A stretch of DNA of 32,000 nucleotides from Ruminococcus albus 7 = DSM 20455 (GCF_000179635.2 NC_014833.1:2880001-2912000); one strand, 5' to 3'; numbered from the stretch's first letter, positions 1 through 8,189 are shown. Notes: generated by a model from the letters alone, not told the origin. A program made the numbers and translations.

Positions 1-53
1 AGCTCTGTTATAGCTACACCTCTTGCGCCGTCTGTACCAAATAATCTTCCCAT
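1..53 (-). CDS. glmM: phosphoglucosamine mutase, first 17 codons only (gene continues past the left edge)
   Basis: The reverse complement of 1-53 reads MGRLFGTDGARGVAITE, the typical GlmM N-terminus (FGTDG[VA]RG). AAGGAG (rc of 65-70) lies upstream. The visible fragment is very short. Confidence 0.6.
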   Translation of the reverse strand, partial: MGRLFGTDGARGVAITE

Positions 54-126
54 CTTGATCTTTTCTCCTTATAATTATTTTTCTATTACAAATATATGAT
101 CGGGAATTTCTCCCGTTATTTGCATT

Positions 127-501
127 TTAAATGTACTGTCTCACTACGCTAAGGGATCTGAAAAACTTTATATACCATATCATAACGCCTATCACCGCAC
201 CTGTTATCAAGGCAAGTACGATGTCAGCCGCCAAAAGCTTTCCTGCGCCGATGTCTTTCCTTTTCACCGACATTCCCGAAAGCACACCGCCGATGACCGC
301 CAGTATGAAGCTTACTCCTGCCGCGATCAGCGCTACAGCTTTGCCTGCCAGCAGTATCCAACCGTAGTTTTCAGGATCAACATTATTGAAACTGTTTGCC
401 AACATATACGACGATACTATGCGCCACATCAGCGGAAAAAGCAGTACAGCCCATGCCGCCACCGTGACTTTCTTGGCTGTATAGTACAGCTTACTTCTCA
501 T
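127..501 (-). CDS. hypothetical small integral membrane protein (about 124 aa)
   Basis: Track ORF 127-612. I place the start at ATG 501 (MRSKLYY...) because AAGAGG lies 6 nt upstream. Hydrophobic segments include VAAWAVLLFPLMW, AVALIAAGVSFILAVIGGVL and IVLALITGAVIGVMIWYI. No family recognised. Confidence 0.6.
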   Translation of the reverse strand: MRSKLYYTAKKVTVAAWAVLLFPLMWRIVSSYMLANSFNNVDPENYGWILLAGKAVALIAAGVSFILAVIGGVLSGMSVKRKDIGAGKLLAADIVLALITGAVIGVMIWYIKFFRSLSVVRQYI

Positions 502-604
502 ATCATACCTCTTTATACTCCCTGTCCGCCGATGATGATAGCCACGGGTATGCGCACAAGTTTTTTTGCTTTTTTTAGTTGAGCGGAAGCCATTTTTGCC
601 CCTT

Positions 605-1087
605 TCAGACATCTATAAACTCTATCAGCATTTCAAGTTCTGTCATGCCGTTTTCGTCCAGCACTTTTCCCGTGAACTCAAAGCCCATATGCTTGTAGAA
701 ATCTATCGCATTCACATTGCCTTTCAGCACAAAAAGCGTGACCCTCCGCGCTTTCATTTCAGCGAAAGCCCTTTCCATAAGCGCCTTGCCGACACCTTTG
801 CGCTGAAATTTTTTCAGCACATACAGTGCGACTATCTCGCCGCTTTCCTCACAGGTACAGAAGTCCCTTGCCCGCGGCAGAAAGCCTACCGCGCCTGCGG
901 CTTCGCCGTCTGCATAGGCTATAAACTTATTTTCGGGAGAGAGCATTGCTCTTTCTGTCCACCGTTCAGCCCTGCGCCCATCGAGTATCTCATCTGGTAT
1001 CAGACCGCGGTAAGTTTCGCCCCAAGCATCGCATATCACTTTGCCGAAATCCTCGGCGTTTTCTGCACAGACAGAAACTATCTCCAC
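605..1087 (-). CDS. GNAT family N-acetyltransferase
   Basis: 160-aa ORF with the acetyl-CoA binding motif region (LYVLKKFQRKGVGKALME). GTG start preceded by GAGGAGGA 6 nt upstream. Confidence 0.85.
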   Translation of the reverse strand: MEIVSVCAENAEDFGKVICDAWGETYRGLIPDEILDGRRAERWTERAMLSPENKFIAYADGEAAGAVGFLPRARDFCTCEESGEIVALYVLKKFQRKGVGKALMERAFAEMKARRVTLFVLKGNVNAIDFYKHMGFEFTGKVLDENGMTELEMLIEFIDV

Positions 1088-1177
1088 CGCGCATCCTCCT
1101 CACATCAGCGAAAGTATTTTAACTGCTTGAAGAAGTCATATGCTTCACCTTTCAGAAAAAAATCTTAATAAGATCAA

Positions 1178-1498
1178 CTATAAGCTATGATGAAAACCAG
1201 CTATTACCGAACTAATTAACAAATAAGTCGGGTAACTGAATACTAAAACATTTATTATCCCCAGAATGATATGACCGGTCATGTAATAATCGCCTTTTAT
1301 TCTGACTGCCACAGAAGCTGCTAAGCCCCCGACAGACATTAAAATGCAAGGAATCGTCAAAAACACACAACTAAACCATAAAAATGCGAAAATAATATTG
1401 ATCTGAAAACAGCAGCCAATAAACAGTAATATCATTAAACCCGATGCACACAAAGACATCTTCGTAAGTGCTTTAGCAGCAGTAAATAATTTTTCCAT
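1178..1498 (-). CDS. hypothetical small membrane protein (106 aa)
   Basis: ATG start with AAGGAG about 10 nt upstream. Three clear hydrophobic helices. No family recognised. Confidence 0.6.
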   Translation of the reverse strand: MEKLFTAAKALTKMSLCASGLMILLFIGCCFQINIIFAFLWFSCVFLTIPCILMSVGGLAASVAVRIKGDYYMTGHIILGIINVLVFSYPTYLLISSVIAGFHHSL

Positions 1499-1569
1499 TA
1501 TCTGTAGTCTCCTTTATCATCTAGGTGCGTTGTTTCTCTTTGCCCGCACCAATAATTATGAATTATGAA

Positions 1570-2607
1570 TTAAAGATGCGTCTGCCCGTTTTTCAGTATC
1601 CCAAGATGGTCATACGCCAGCTGTGTCGCACAGCGTCCCCTCGGAGTCTTTGCCAGAAATCCCAGCTGCATAAGATATGGTTCACACACATCTTCAAGAG
1701 TTACCGCTTCTTCGCCTATGGCTGCCGCCAAGGTCGAAAGCCCCACAGGACCTCCGTTATAGCCCTTGATTATCATTTCAAGCAAACGCCTGTCAAGGCT
1801 GTCAAGCCCCAGTTTATCGACTTCCATACGGTTCAGGGCTATCTTCGCGATATCCTGAGTTATGCGCCCGTTGCCGATGACTTCGGCAAAATCGCGCACA
1901 CGTTTTAAGTAGCGGTTTGCTATTCGGGGGGTACACCTTGCGCGGGCGGCTATCTCAGTCGCACCGTCATCATCGCAGGAAACTCCCAGTATTGTTGCGG
2001 AACGCTTTACGATATCCGCTAGTTCTTCCACCGAGTACATCTCCATGTGCATCAGCATACCGAAACGGTCTCTCAGCGGTGCCGAAAGCTGTCCCGAACG
2101 TGTGGTAGCGCCTATCAGCGTGAACTTGTTCAGCTCTATCCTTATAGACCTTGCGGCAGGTCCCTTACCCATGATAATATCGAGGGCATAGTCCTCCATG
2201 GCGGGGTAGAGTATCTCCTCCACCTGTCTTGAAAGACGGTGTATCTCATCGATGAAAAGTACATCGCCTTTTTCAAGGTTGGTCAGAAGTGCCGCCAGGT
2301 CGCCGGGCTTTTCAATGGCAGGTCCCGATGTAGTGCGGATATTCACACCCATCTCGTGAGCTATGATATTCGCAAGGGTGGTCTTGCCAAGACCGGGAGG
2401 GCCGTATAACAGCACATGGTCAAGGCTGTCGCCGCGGCGTTTTGCCGCATCTATATATATTTTCATGTTCTCCTTGACCTTTTCCTGACCGATATACTCG
2501 GCAAGAGTGAGAGGTCGGAGACTTATCTCAAAATCGTCCGTAGTTTCCTGCTCGGTCTCCTTAGGAGAAACCAAGCGTTCATAATCGAAATCGGATTCTT
2601 CTATCAT
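1570..2607 (-). CDS. ruvB: Holliday junction branch migration DNA helicase RuvB
   Basis: 345 aa with Walker [10 protein letters not shown], Walker B FIDEIHR and full-length resemblance to RuvB (LRP..L.EYIGQE, ...GATTR.G.L..PLRDRFG). Confidence 0.97.
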   Translation of the reverse strand: MIEESDFDYERLVSPKETEQETTDDFEISLRPLTLAEYIGQEKVKENMKIYIDAAKRRGDSLDHVLLYGPPGLGKTTLANIIAHEMGVNIRTTSGPAIEKPGDLAALLTNLEKGDVLFIDEIHRLSRQVEEILYPAMEDYALDIIMGKGPAARSIRIELNKFTLIGATTRSGQLSAPLRDRFGMLMHMEMYSVEELADIVKRSATILGVSCDDDGATEIAARARCTPRIANRYLKRVRDFAEVIGNGRITQDIAKIALNRMEVDKLGLDSLDRRLLEMIIKGYNGGPVGLSTLAAAIGEEAVTLEDVCEPYLMQLGFLAKTPRGRCATQLAYDHLGILKNGQTHL

Positions 2608-2622
2608 CAGTTCACTTCCCTT

Positions 2623-3123
2623 TTAAACTCTGTCATCAATTTTTCCATACTTTTTGATCAGATCGCTAAGTTTCATTTCCAATGAAAGTATGTAATCATC
2701 GGTAACTGTTTCTCTGCCCATATGATCTTTCACCGTTACCTTTACAGGGGCGTTACCGAGCGCTCCACATAGATCAACTTGAGTTCTGAGACCGTTTTTG
2801 TAATCTATAGCCATGATGGTATTATACTCCTCACGCTCAATGGGGATAGTTTTACAGATTTCGCCGTCTTTGAGAATACCCATCGTAGGCTGATCGTCAT
2901 CGAGATATATCGAATACCCTTTAAAAACGTCGTCTCCGCTTTTTTTGTATTCCAATGTAACGGCAGCAGGTGTGCTGAGAGTAATTGCATAATTCAGCAT
3001 CATCACTAAAAGTATCAGTGAAAGCATTATAAACACCGCCAGGATAATCGGCTTATTTCTTGCGAAAAACCGCTTAATAAGTGCTTTTACATCTTCCTTT
3101 GTGAGCCTACTCATAGTTCTCAT
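2623..3123 (-). CDS. hypothetical single-pass membrane protein, paralog 1 of a tandem pair
   Basis: Track ORF 2623-3132. ATG at 3123 has GGGAGGTG 8 nt upstream. N-terminal TM helix (PIILAVFIMLSLILLVMML) followed by a roughly 115-aa ectodomain. The core GYSIYLDDDQPTMGILKDGEICKTIPIEREEY matches the neighbouring gene. Confidence 0.7.
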   Translation of the reverse strand: MRTMSRLTKEDVKALIKRFFARNKPIILAVFIMLSLILLVMMLNYAITLSTPAAVTLEYKKSGDDVFKGYSIYLDDDQPTMGILKDGEICKTIPIEREEYNTIMAIDYKNGLRTQVDLCGALGNAPVKVTVKDHMGRETVTDDYILSLEMKLSDLIKKYGKIDDRV

Positions 3124-3184
3124 AAATATCACCTCCCGAAACCTTGCAGCAGTAAAAAACGAACTGCGCCATCTCAGCCGCGTA

Positions 3185-3262
3185 ATTATGAATTGCTCAG
3201 AACCTTGCCAATCTTACAAGTGCTGTCTTTTATCATCAGTTCACTTCCATTTTTAACTTTAG
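3185..3262 (-). repeat. duplication junction scar: a copy of the ruvA 3' end fused to a copy of the ruvB 5' UTR and start codon
   Basis: 3185-3230 matches 3833-3878 (ruvA stop region) at 42/46 positions. 3231-3248 is 18/18 identical to 2602-2619 (ruvB ATG plus SD region). It contains a 16-codon chimeric mini-ORF at 3186-3236 (MIKDSTCKIGKVLSNS). Confidence 0.8.
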
Positions 3263-3263
3263 G

Positions 3264-3758
3264 CTAATCGATATACCTATCTCTCAAAACACCGATCTTG
3301 TAGTACAGCGAGCTCAATAAAGCCGGCGTAGCCTTTCCGTTGACAGACTTTTCTTTGCCCGAAGCATCGGTCAGCGTGATCTTATAATATGTCACAACAT
3401 TTCCATCGACAGTTACGTCGCGATCGGAATAATTACCGTATCCTACATTCATCATAGAATCATAATCTTCCTGTTCGATCGGGATAGTTCTATACGTGAC
3501 ACCGCCTTCGATAAGCCCCATCATTGGCTGTTTGTCATCAAGATAGAACGAATACCCTTGATACCCGCCGTCTTCTTTTCCGCTTAATTCAACTGTCACC
3601 GCAACAGGGGTATCTTTTGGCTTTATGATCTTGTCCAATTTGGGAGAAAATTTAAAGTACAATAACAGCACCAGCATTACTATACGTATCAATTTCCAGT
3701 GTCTTCTGATAAATTCCTTTATGACTTCCTTTTGATATTTCTCAAATTTCTCATCCAT
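3264..3758 (-). CDS. hypothetical single-pass membrane protein, paralog 2 of a tandem pair
   Basis: Track ORF 3264-3794. ATG at 3758 (MDEKFEKY...) follows AGGAAGTGA. TM helix LIRIVMLVLLLYFKF. The ectodomain core GYSFYLDDKQPMMGLIEGGVTYRTIPIEQEDY is paralogous to 2623-3123. Confidence 0.7.
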   Translation of the reverse strand: MDEKFEKYQKEVIKEFIRRHWKLIRIVMLVLLLYFKFSPKLDKIIKPKDTPVAVTVELSGKEDGGYQGYSFYLDDKQPMMGLIEGGVTYRTIPIEQEDYDSMMNVGYGNYSDRDVTVDGNVVTYYKITLTDASGKEKSVNGKATPALLSSLYYKIGVLRDRYID

Positions 3759-3844
3759 GATATCACTTCCTGAAAAAGTCCATGCACCGCGCAATTTATG
3801 AACGCAATATTGCTTCGCTTATATTGCTATGCATTATGAATAGC

Positions 3845-4444
3845 TCAGAACCTTGCCAGCCTTACAAGTGCCGTCTTTATCAGTTCCTCAACTGTTGCAG
3901 TAGGTTCAGCCCCTGCAAGTGCCTGTGCGGCTTCGCCCTCGGAGTAGCCCAGTACAACCAGCGCCGTTATAGCTTCATCAAGGGCGCCGCCCCGGGGTAC
4001 CGCCGATGCGATAGTCTCACCGCCGCGGACGGAAATCGTATTCTCCTTGGCTATCTTGTCTTTCAGTTCAAGCACTATCCTCTGGGCGGTCTTGGCGCCT
4101 ATGCCCTTGCTTTTTGTAAGGGACTTGAAATCCCCCGTGGCAACTGTCAGCGCAAACTGCGAGGGTGTATTCGATGAAAGTATGGAAAGCGCTGCCTTGG
4201 GACCTACTCCCGATACGGTTATAAGCATTTTGAAACAGCGAAGTTCCTCCTGCGACGAAAAGCCGAAAAGGTCAACGTCATTTTCCCTGACCGCAAGGTA
4301 GGTGTACAGCGTTACCTCGCTTTCACCTGCTATTTTCTGCAGGGTATAGAATGTGGTCTTGCAGGCATATCCAACGCCGCTGCATTCGACCACGGCAAGT
4401 TCGCTTTCTGTATGTATAAGTTTTCCTCTTACGGAATATATCAT
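3845..4444 (-). CDS. ruvA: Holliday junction DNA helicase subunit RuvA
   Basis: True start is MIYSVRGKL at 4444 (AAGGAGA upstream). HhH motifs are present (VSGVGPKAALSIL, GIGAKTAQRIVLELK). The 22-codon extension in the ORF track has no support. Confidence 0.95.
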   Translation of the reverse strand: MIYSVRGKLIHTESELAVVECSGVGYACKTTFYTLQKIAGESEVTLYTYLAVRENDVDLFGFSSQEELRCFKMLITVSGVGPKAALSILSSNTPSQFALTVATGDFKSLTKSKGIGAKTAQRIVLELKDKIAKENTISVRGGETIASAVPRGGALDEAITALVVLGYSEGEAAQALAGAEPTATVEELIKTALVRLARF

Positions 4445-4650
4445 TGTTGATTCTCCTTGATGTTTTTTATATATTCGCTCATTCTGCCGACCCACAGGCA
4501 TTTTTGGCATCTGCCGTTTTTGAATACGTGGGAACAGTTCTCATATCCGTAAAGAATATGTGCGCATTCGGGGCAGAGAGATCTCATTTTCGATGACGAA
4601 AGCAGAAATTCACTTCCGCACTCATCGCATATGCCGATATCTTTTTCCAT
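4441..4650 (-). CDS. small Cys-rich (zinc-ribbon-like) protein, 69 aa
   Basis: MEKDIGICDECGSEF...SLCPECAHILYGYENCSHVFKNGRCQKCLW has three CxxC pairs plus an extra Cys and His residues. GTGAGGTG SD 5 nt upstream. Its TGA overlaps the ruvA ATG (ATGA), and it begins 10 nt after the ruvC stop. Confidence 0.7.
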   Translation of the reverse strand: MEKDIGICDECGSEFLLSSSKMRSLCPECAHILYGYENCSHVFKNGRCQKCLWVGRMSEYIKNIKENQQ

Positions 4651-4659
4651 GAGGGCACC

Positions 4660-5169
4660 TCACTTTGCGGCTTTGTCATACTTCTCCATGACCTTTCTGG
4701 TATTCACCGAAAGCCCGTGAGTAATGGCTATCGCCATAGCATCAGCCGCATCGTCGGGTCTTATTATCTCGGAAAGATGAAGCATGGAGCGAACCATTTC
4801 CTGCACCTGTTTTTTCTCGGCATAACCGTACCCGACTATTGAGCTTTTCACCTGCAGAGGCGTATATTCATACACGGGAAGTTCATTCATGACAGCAGGC
4901 AGCAGGGTGACTCCCCTTGCCTGTGCCACATCTATGCCCGTGGTGATATTTGTGTTGAAGAACAGCTTTTCCACTGCCACTTCATCAGGGCGGTAATACC
5001 CTATAAGCTTCTGCATATCGAGATATATGACCCTCAGCCTTTTCATAAAATCCATATCCGAGGGGGTCTTTATGGTGCCTGCCTTTATCGGCGTAAAACG
5101 TCCGCGGTCATATTCCACAAAACCGTAACCGACTATACCGTAACCGGGGTCGATGCCCATTATCCTCAA
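4660..5169 (-). CDS. ruvC: crossover junction endodeoxyribonuclease RuvC
   Basis: (M)RIMGIDPGYG..., ...DAADAMAIAITH. I prefer the TTG start at 5169 (AGGAGG 7 nt upstream) over ATG 5160. The track start at 5199 is an unsupported extension. Confidence 0.9.
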   Translation of the reverse strand: MRIMGIDPGYGIVGYGFVEYDRGRFTPIKAGTIKTPSDMDFMKRLRVIYLDMQKLIGYYRPDEVAVEKLFFNTNITTGIDVAQARGVTLLPAVMNELPVYEYTPLQVKSSIVGYGYAEKKQVQEMVRSMLHLSEIIRPDDAADAMAIAITHGLSVNTRKVMEKYDKAAK

Positions 5170-5218
5170 AATACTTCCTCCTTGCCAAAAAGGGTACAAT
5201 TTCTCATATTAACAATTT

Positions 5219-5247
5219 ATTATAGCATACTTTTTTAATAAATGCAA
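5219..5247 (-). promoter_or_regulatory. sigma-A type promoter for the ruvC operon
   Basis: The minus strand reads TTGCAT - 17 nt - TATAAT with a TGc extended -10, about 45 nt upstream of the ruvC start. Confidence 0.65.
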
Positions 5248-5727
5248 GTGTGAGCACGCTTAATAAATGGCAAAAACGGCTTGATTTATTGGTCATTCTG
5301 ATATTTTGGCTATTAGGGCGTATGCTGTATAAGGGCAAATATCAAGACAAAATTGTTATTCTGTTGTCAAGCTGCTGATGAACTCTGTACAGTATAGCAC
5401 GTCGCTTCATATCCCCGTAGTCATAGTCAGCGTCAGCCTGCCATCGTGCGTACAAAGATCTATATATGTAAACGGCACTTGAAGCACCGGGATTTTTATG
5501 ATTTATGGTTATACCTTTGGCACACCGCCACAAAGTGCATATAGCACATAAATGATATCCGCCAAGTATTTCAAGTTCCGATATAATACTGATTGATTTG
5601 GCGGGTCAGCGGGATAACCATATTATGATTAATAACAGAAGGGGCATTCGGGAAAGTTTCTATTACTTGCTGAAAGGTGATCGGTGAGTCCGCCCGATGA
5701 ACATCCCCCTCTATATACAGCGAAAAA

Positions 5728-5764
5728 CTGCAAAAAGTTGTACGTTTTTGTACAACTTTTGCAG
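5728..5764. repeat. near-perfect 15/16-bp palindrome (hairpin) in the ORF-poor spacer
   Basis: CTGCAAAAAGTTGTAC gttttt GTACAACTTTTGCAG. On the minus strand the stem is followed by TTTTTCG, so it could terminate a leftward transcript. Confidence 0.8.
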
Positions 5765-6269
5765 AAATATGTCCGAGTTAAAAGTAAAATCATTTGTTTA
5801 TACAAGATGTTGATGCGTTATATGTACAATAAGTACAACACTTTGGAATATATGAACATAGGAACATATGAGTTAAGTCCAAAAATAATCACTTCGACAC
5901 TTCCGTTTTTTACATGGATGCGGGATCGGTTTTATCACCATTCTGTAATAGTTGTTACAGTTTGTAATAATCCCTCCGCATTCAAGATGACCTGAAAGAC
6001 CGTACAGCAAAGCAGCTGAAAGATCCCCACATAAAAAAGCAATAAATTACTGTCCAAAAAAGCGAACAAGGTTTTTGGGTGTAAAATTGTACAACATCCA
6101 CCTTAAAAAGCCTTGAAATAGTCGTGATGTACAATATATAGGACTTGTTTTCATGCCCGAAAATTGTTTTTACAACTTGATAAACAGCTGAAAAATTCAT
6201 ATTTATAGGGATATTTTGTGTAATTTACAAAAATTTTCTCGAATTTTCAAAAAAAGCATTCTGCACCTA

Positions 6270-6298
6270 TTGATTTTTTGAGAATTGTATGGTACAAT
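6270..6298 (+). promoter_or_regulatory. sigma-A type promoter, probably for murA
   Basis: TTGATT - 17 nt - TACAAT with a TGg extended -10. It lies about 240 nt upstream of the murA start. Confidence 0.6.
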
Positions 6299-6541
6299 AA
6301 GATAGTCTAAAAAGCTTAATACATTTTTAAGCTTTATCCGGACGGCATCACCTCTCACAGTAGGGCACGCGCGTTTTGCTGATAACGCACGCCGCTCCGT
6401 ATCGTGCTGCCGCAACGGATGTGGTATTGCCATTTACTGCCGCAGTTATATCGGTATATGCTTTACCACGCTTATCAAATTGCAGGAGTCGGCAAGCGGC
6501 AAGATATAAAAATTCTTCCGGCTCTCAAGGAGTGTATTATT

Positions 6542-7831
6542 TTGGAGAAGTTCTTTATCAGGGGAGGTCATCCCCTTAAAGGCACAGTGTATGTGAGCGG
6601 TGCTAAGAATGCCGCAGTTGCACTGGTTGCCGCTACTATTTTATGCGATGAACCCTGTACGCTTGAAAACGTTCCCGCTATAAGCGATATCACAAAATGT
6701 CTTGATATCCTTAAAAGCATGGGCGCTGTTGTGAAGATGGAGAGAGAGGGTGTCATATATATTGACACCAGCACCATCACCACCACAAAGGTACCCTACA
6801 AGCTGGCGGAAACAATGAGAGCGTCAAGTTATTTTCTTGGCACCTTGCTTGGCAGGTTCCATGAAGCTTTTGTTCCCATGCCCGGCGGATGCTATCTTGG
6901 CGACAGACCTATTGACCAGCATTTAAAGGCTTTCAAGGCTCTGGGCGCTACTGATGAGGTAGTGAGAGGGGCTAATTACGTCAAGGCGGACAAGCTGGTG
7001 GGCAACCAGATCTACTTTGATTTTGTAACTGTTGGCGCTACGATGAATGCGATCTTCGCTGCTGTTAAGGCGAAGGGACAGACCATTATCGAGAACGCTG
7101 CGAAGGAGCCTCATATAGTTGATGTAGCTAATTTCCTCAACTCTATGGGCGCTGATATAAGAGGTGCAGGCACCGACGTTATCAAGATAAGAGGCGTTGA
7201 GTACCTCCACGGCACCACCTATGCTACTATCCCCGACCAGATCGAGGCAGGCACTTATATGGTAGCTGCTGCCGCAACAAAGGGCGATGTAGTCGTGGCT
7301 AACGTTATACCCAAGCATCTTGAATCCATAACAGCCAAGCTGCGCAAGTGCGGTGTAAATGTTGAGGAGAACGACGAGAGCGTTCATGTATGGGTAGATT
7401 CACCGCTTATGAACACCACCGTCAAAACTCAGCCTCACCCGGGTTTCCCTACTGATATGCAGCCGCAGTTCTCAACACTGCTGACCATGGCTCAGGGTAC
7501 CAGCAAGGTGACTGAGGAGATATTCAACAACAGATTCAGATACGTTGCCGAGCTTCGCAAAATGGGTGCTGATGTATCCGTTGAAGGCGGAAAGGTAGCG
7601 ATAATACAGGGTGTTCCTACACTGAAGGGAGCTCCCGTACAGGCGACCGACCTGAGAGCAGGTGCTGCGCTCGTTATCGCAGGTCTTGCGGCAGACGGTC
7701 TGACAGAGATAGACAATATCCACTACATCGAGCGCGGATATGAGTGCATAGATGTCAAGCTCAGAGAACTGGGCGCTGACATACAGCGTGTCATCGTTCC
7801 TGACAACGAGAACGTTGTGCTCAGCAGCTGA
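6542..7831 (+). CDS. murA: UDP-N-acetylglucosamine 1-carboxyvinyltransferase
   Basis: From the in-frame TTG at 6542 (AAGGAG 10 nt upstream) the protein reads (M)EKFFIRGGHPLKGTVYVSGAKNA..., matching the canonical MurA N-terminus. The active-site region is GGCYLGDRPIDQH. The 46 upstream codons in the track ORF look non-coding. Confidence 0.95.
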   Translation: MEKFFIRGGHPLKGTVYVSGAKNAAVALVAATILCDEPCTLENVPAISDITKCLDILKSMGAVVKMEREGVIYIDTSTITTTKVPYKLAETMRASSYFLGTLLGRFHEAFVPMPGGCYLGDRPIDQHLKAFKALGATDEVVRGANYVKADKLVGNQIYFDFVTVGATMNAIFAAVKAKGQTIIENAAKEPHIVDVANFLNSMGADIRGAGTDVIKIRGVEYLHGTTYATIPDQIEAGTYMVAAAATKGDVVVANVIPKHLESITAKLRKCGVNVEENDESVHVWVDSPLMNTTVKTQPHPGFPTDMQPQFSTLLTMAQGTSKVTEEIFNNRFRYVAELRKMGADVSVEGGKVAIIQGVPTLKGAPVQATDLRAGAALVIAGLAADGLTEIDNIHYIERGYECIDVKLRELGADIQRVIVPDNENVVLSS

Positions 7832-7832
7832 T

Positions 7833-7873
7833 AAAAAAACAAGTCCCTCCGCTGTATGGCAGAGGGACTTTAT
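7833..7873. terminator. bidirectional stem-loop between murA and the rubredoxin gene
   Basis: AAGTCCCTC - 12 nt loop - GAGGGACTT. An A-run on the left gives a T-run for the minus-strand rubredoxin transcript, and there is T-rich sequence on the right for murA. Confidence 0.7.
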
Positions 7874-7886
7874 TGGTGTTATAATA

Positions 7887-8045
7887 TTATTCAGCAGGGC
7901 TGAAATCATCCTTGCCCACACCACAGAGGGGACATACGAAATCATCGGGAACAGCTTCCCACTCTGTTCCTGCAGGAACTCCGCTGTCGGGTGCACCCTC
8001 AGCAGGATCGTAGATATATCCGCAGATGTTGCATACGTATTTCAC
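7887..8045 (-). CDS. rubredoxin (52 aa)
   Basis: Not in the ORF track (under 60 aa, GTG start). The reverse complement reads (M)[51 protein letters not shown], with both CxxCG knuckles. GGAGG lies 7 nt upstream of the GTG. Confidence 0.9.
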   Translation of the reverse strand: MKYVCNICGYIYDPAEGAPDSGVPAGTEWEAVPDDFVCPLCGVGKDDFSPAE

Positions 8046-8074
8046 CAAAACACCTCCTTAATAAAATTTTTATA

Positions 8075-8103
8075 AGTATAACATAAATTTACAAAAATTG
8101 CAA
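8075..8103 (-). promoter_or_regulatory. sigma-A type promoter for the rubredoxin gene
   Basis: The minus strand reads TTGCAA - 17 nt - TATACT with a TGt extended -10. Confidence 0.6.
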
Positions 8104-8189
8104 GAGGTATTTTTATATCAAATTTTTCCTCAGCAAAATTACACAGGGTCAGATCGCCGTTCTTTTCCCATGACAGAAAGGAGAAAACC

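Noticed and set aside
4445-4510. N-terminal extensions in the ORF track (ruvA 4445-4510, ruvC 5170-5199, murA 6404-6541, MBL 8953-9000, anti-sigma 13014-13082, sbcC 21994-22008, 28932-28982)
   Set aside because: In each case an internal start with a proper SD reproduces the canonical family N-terminus or abuts the upstream gene. The extensions overlap neighbouring genes or SD sequences.
5607-5640. dif-like (XerCD) site: GCGGGATAACCATATTATGATTAAT, where TTATGATTAAT resembles the XerD arm TTATGTTAAAT
   Set aside because: Only the XerD-like arm matches (9/11). The central region would be 5 nt rather than 6, and the XerC arm is poor. The shared GGGATAACCAT word with 10438-10448 is an 11-mer match of a kind expected by chance in 32 kb.
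6053-6064. Possible LexA/Cheo box (GAACAAGGTTTT) near the DNA-repair genes
   Set aside because: It does not fit GAAC-N4-GTTC spacing or the right half-site, and it lies far from the ruvC promoter.
5342-6433. Track ORFs inside the AT-rich spacer (5342-5533, 5684-5995, 5982-6200, 6203-6433)
   Set aside because: They have no ribosome-binding sites, use alternative or weak starts, and give implausible Tyr/Cys/Phe-rich sequences with no recognisable family. The region is treated as non-coding; see the finding.
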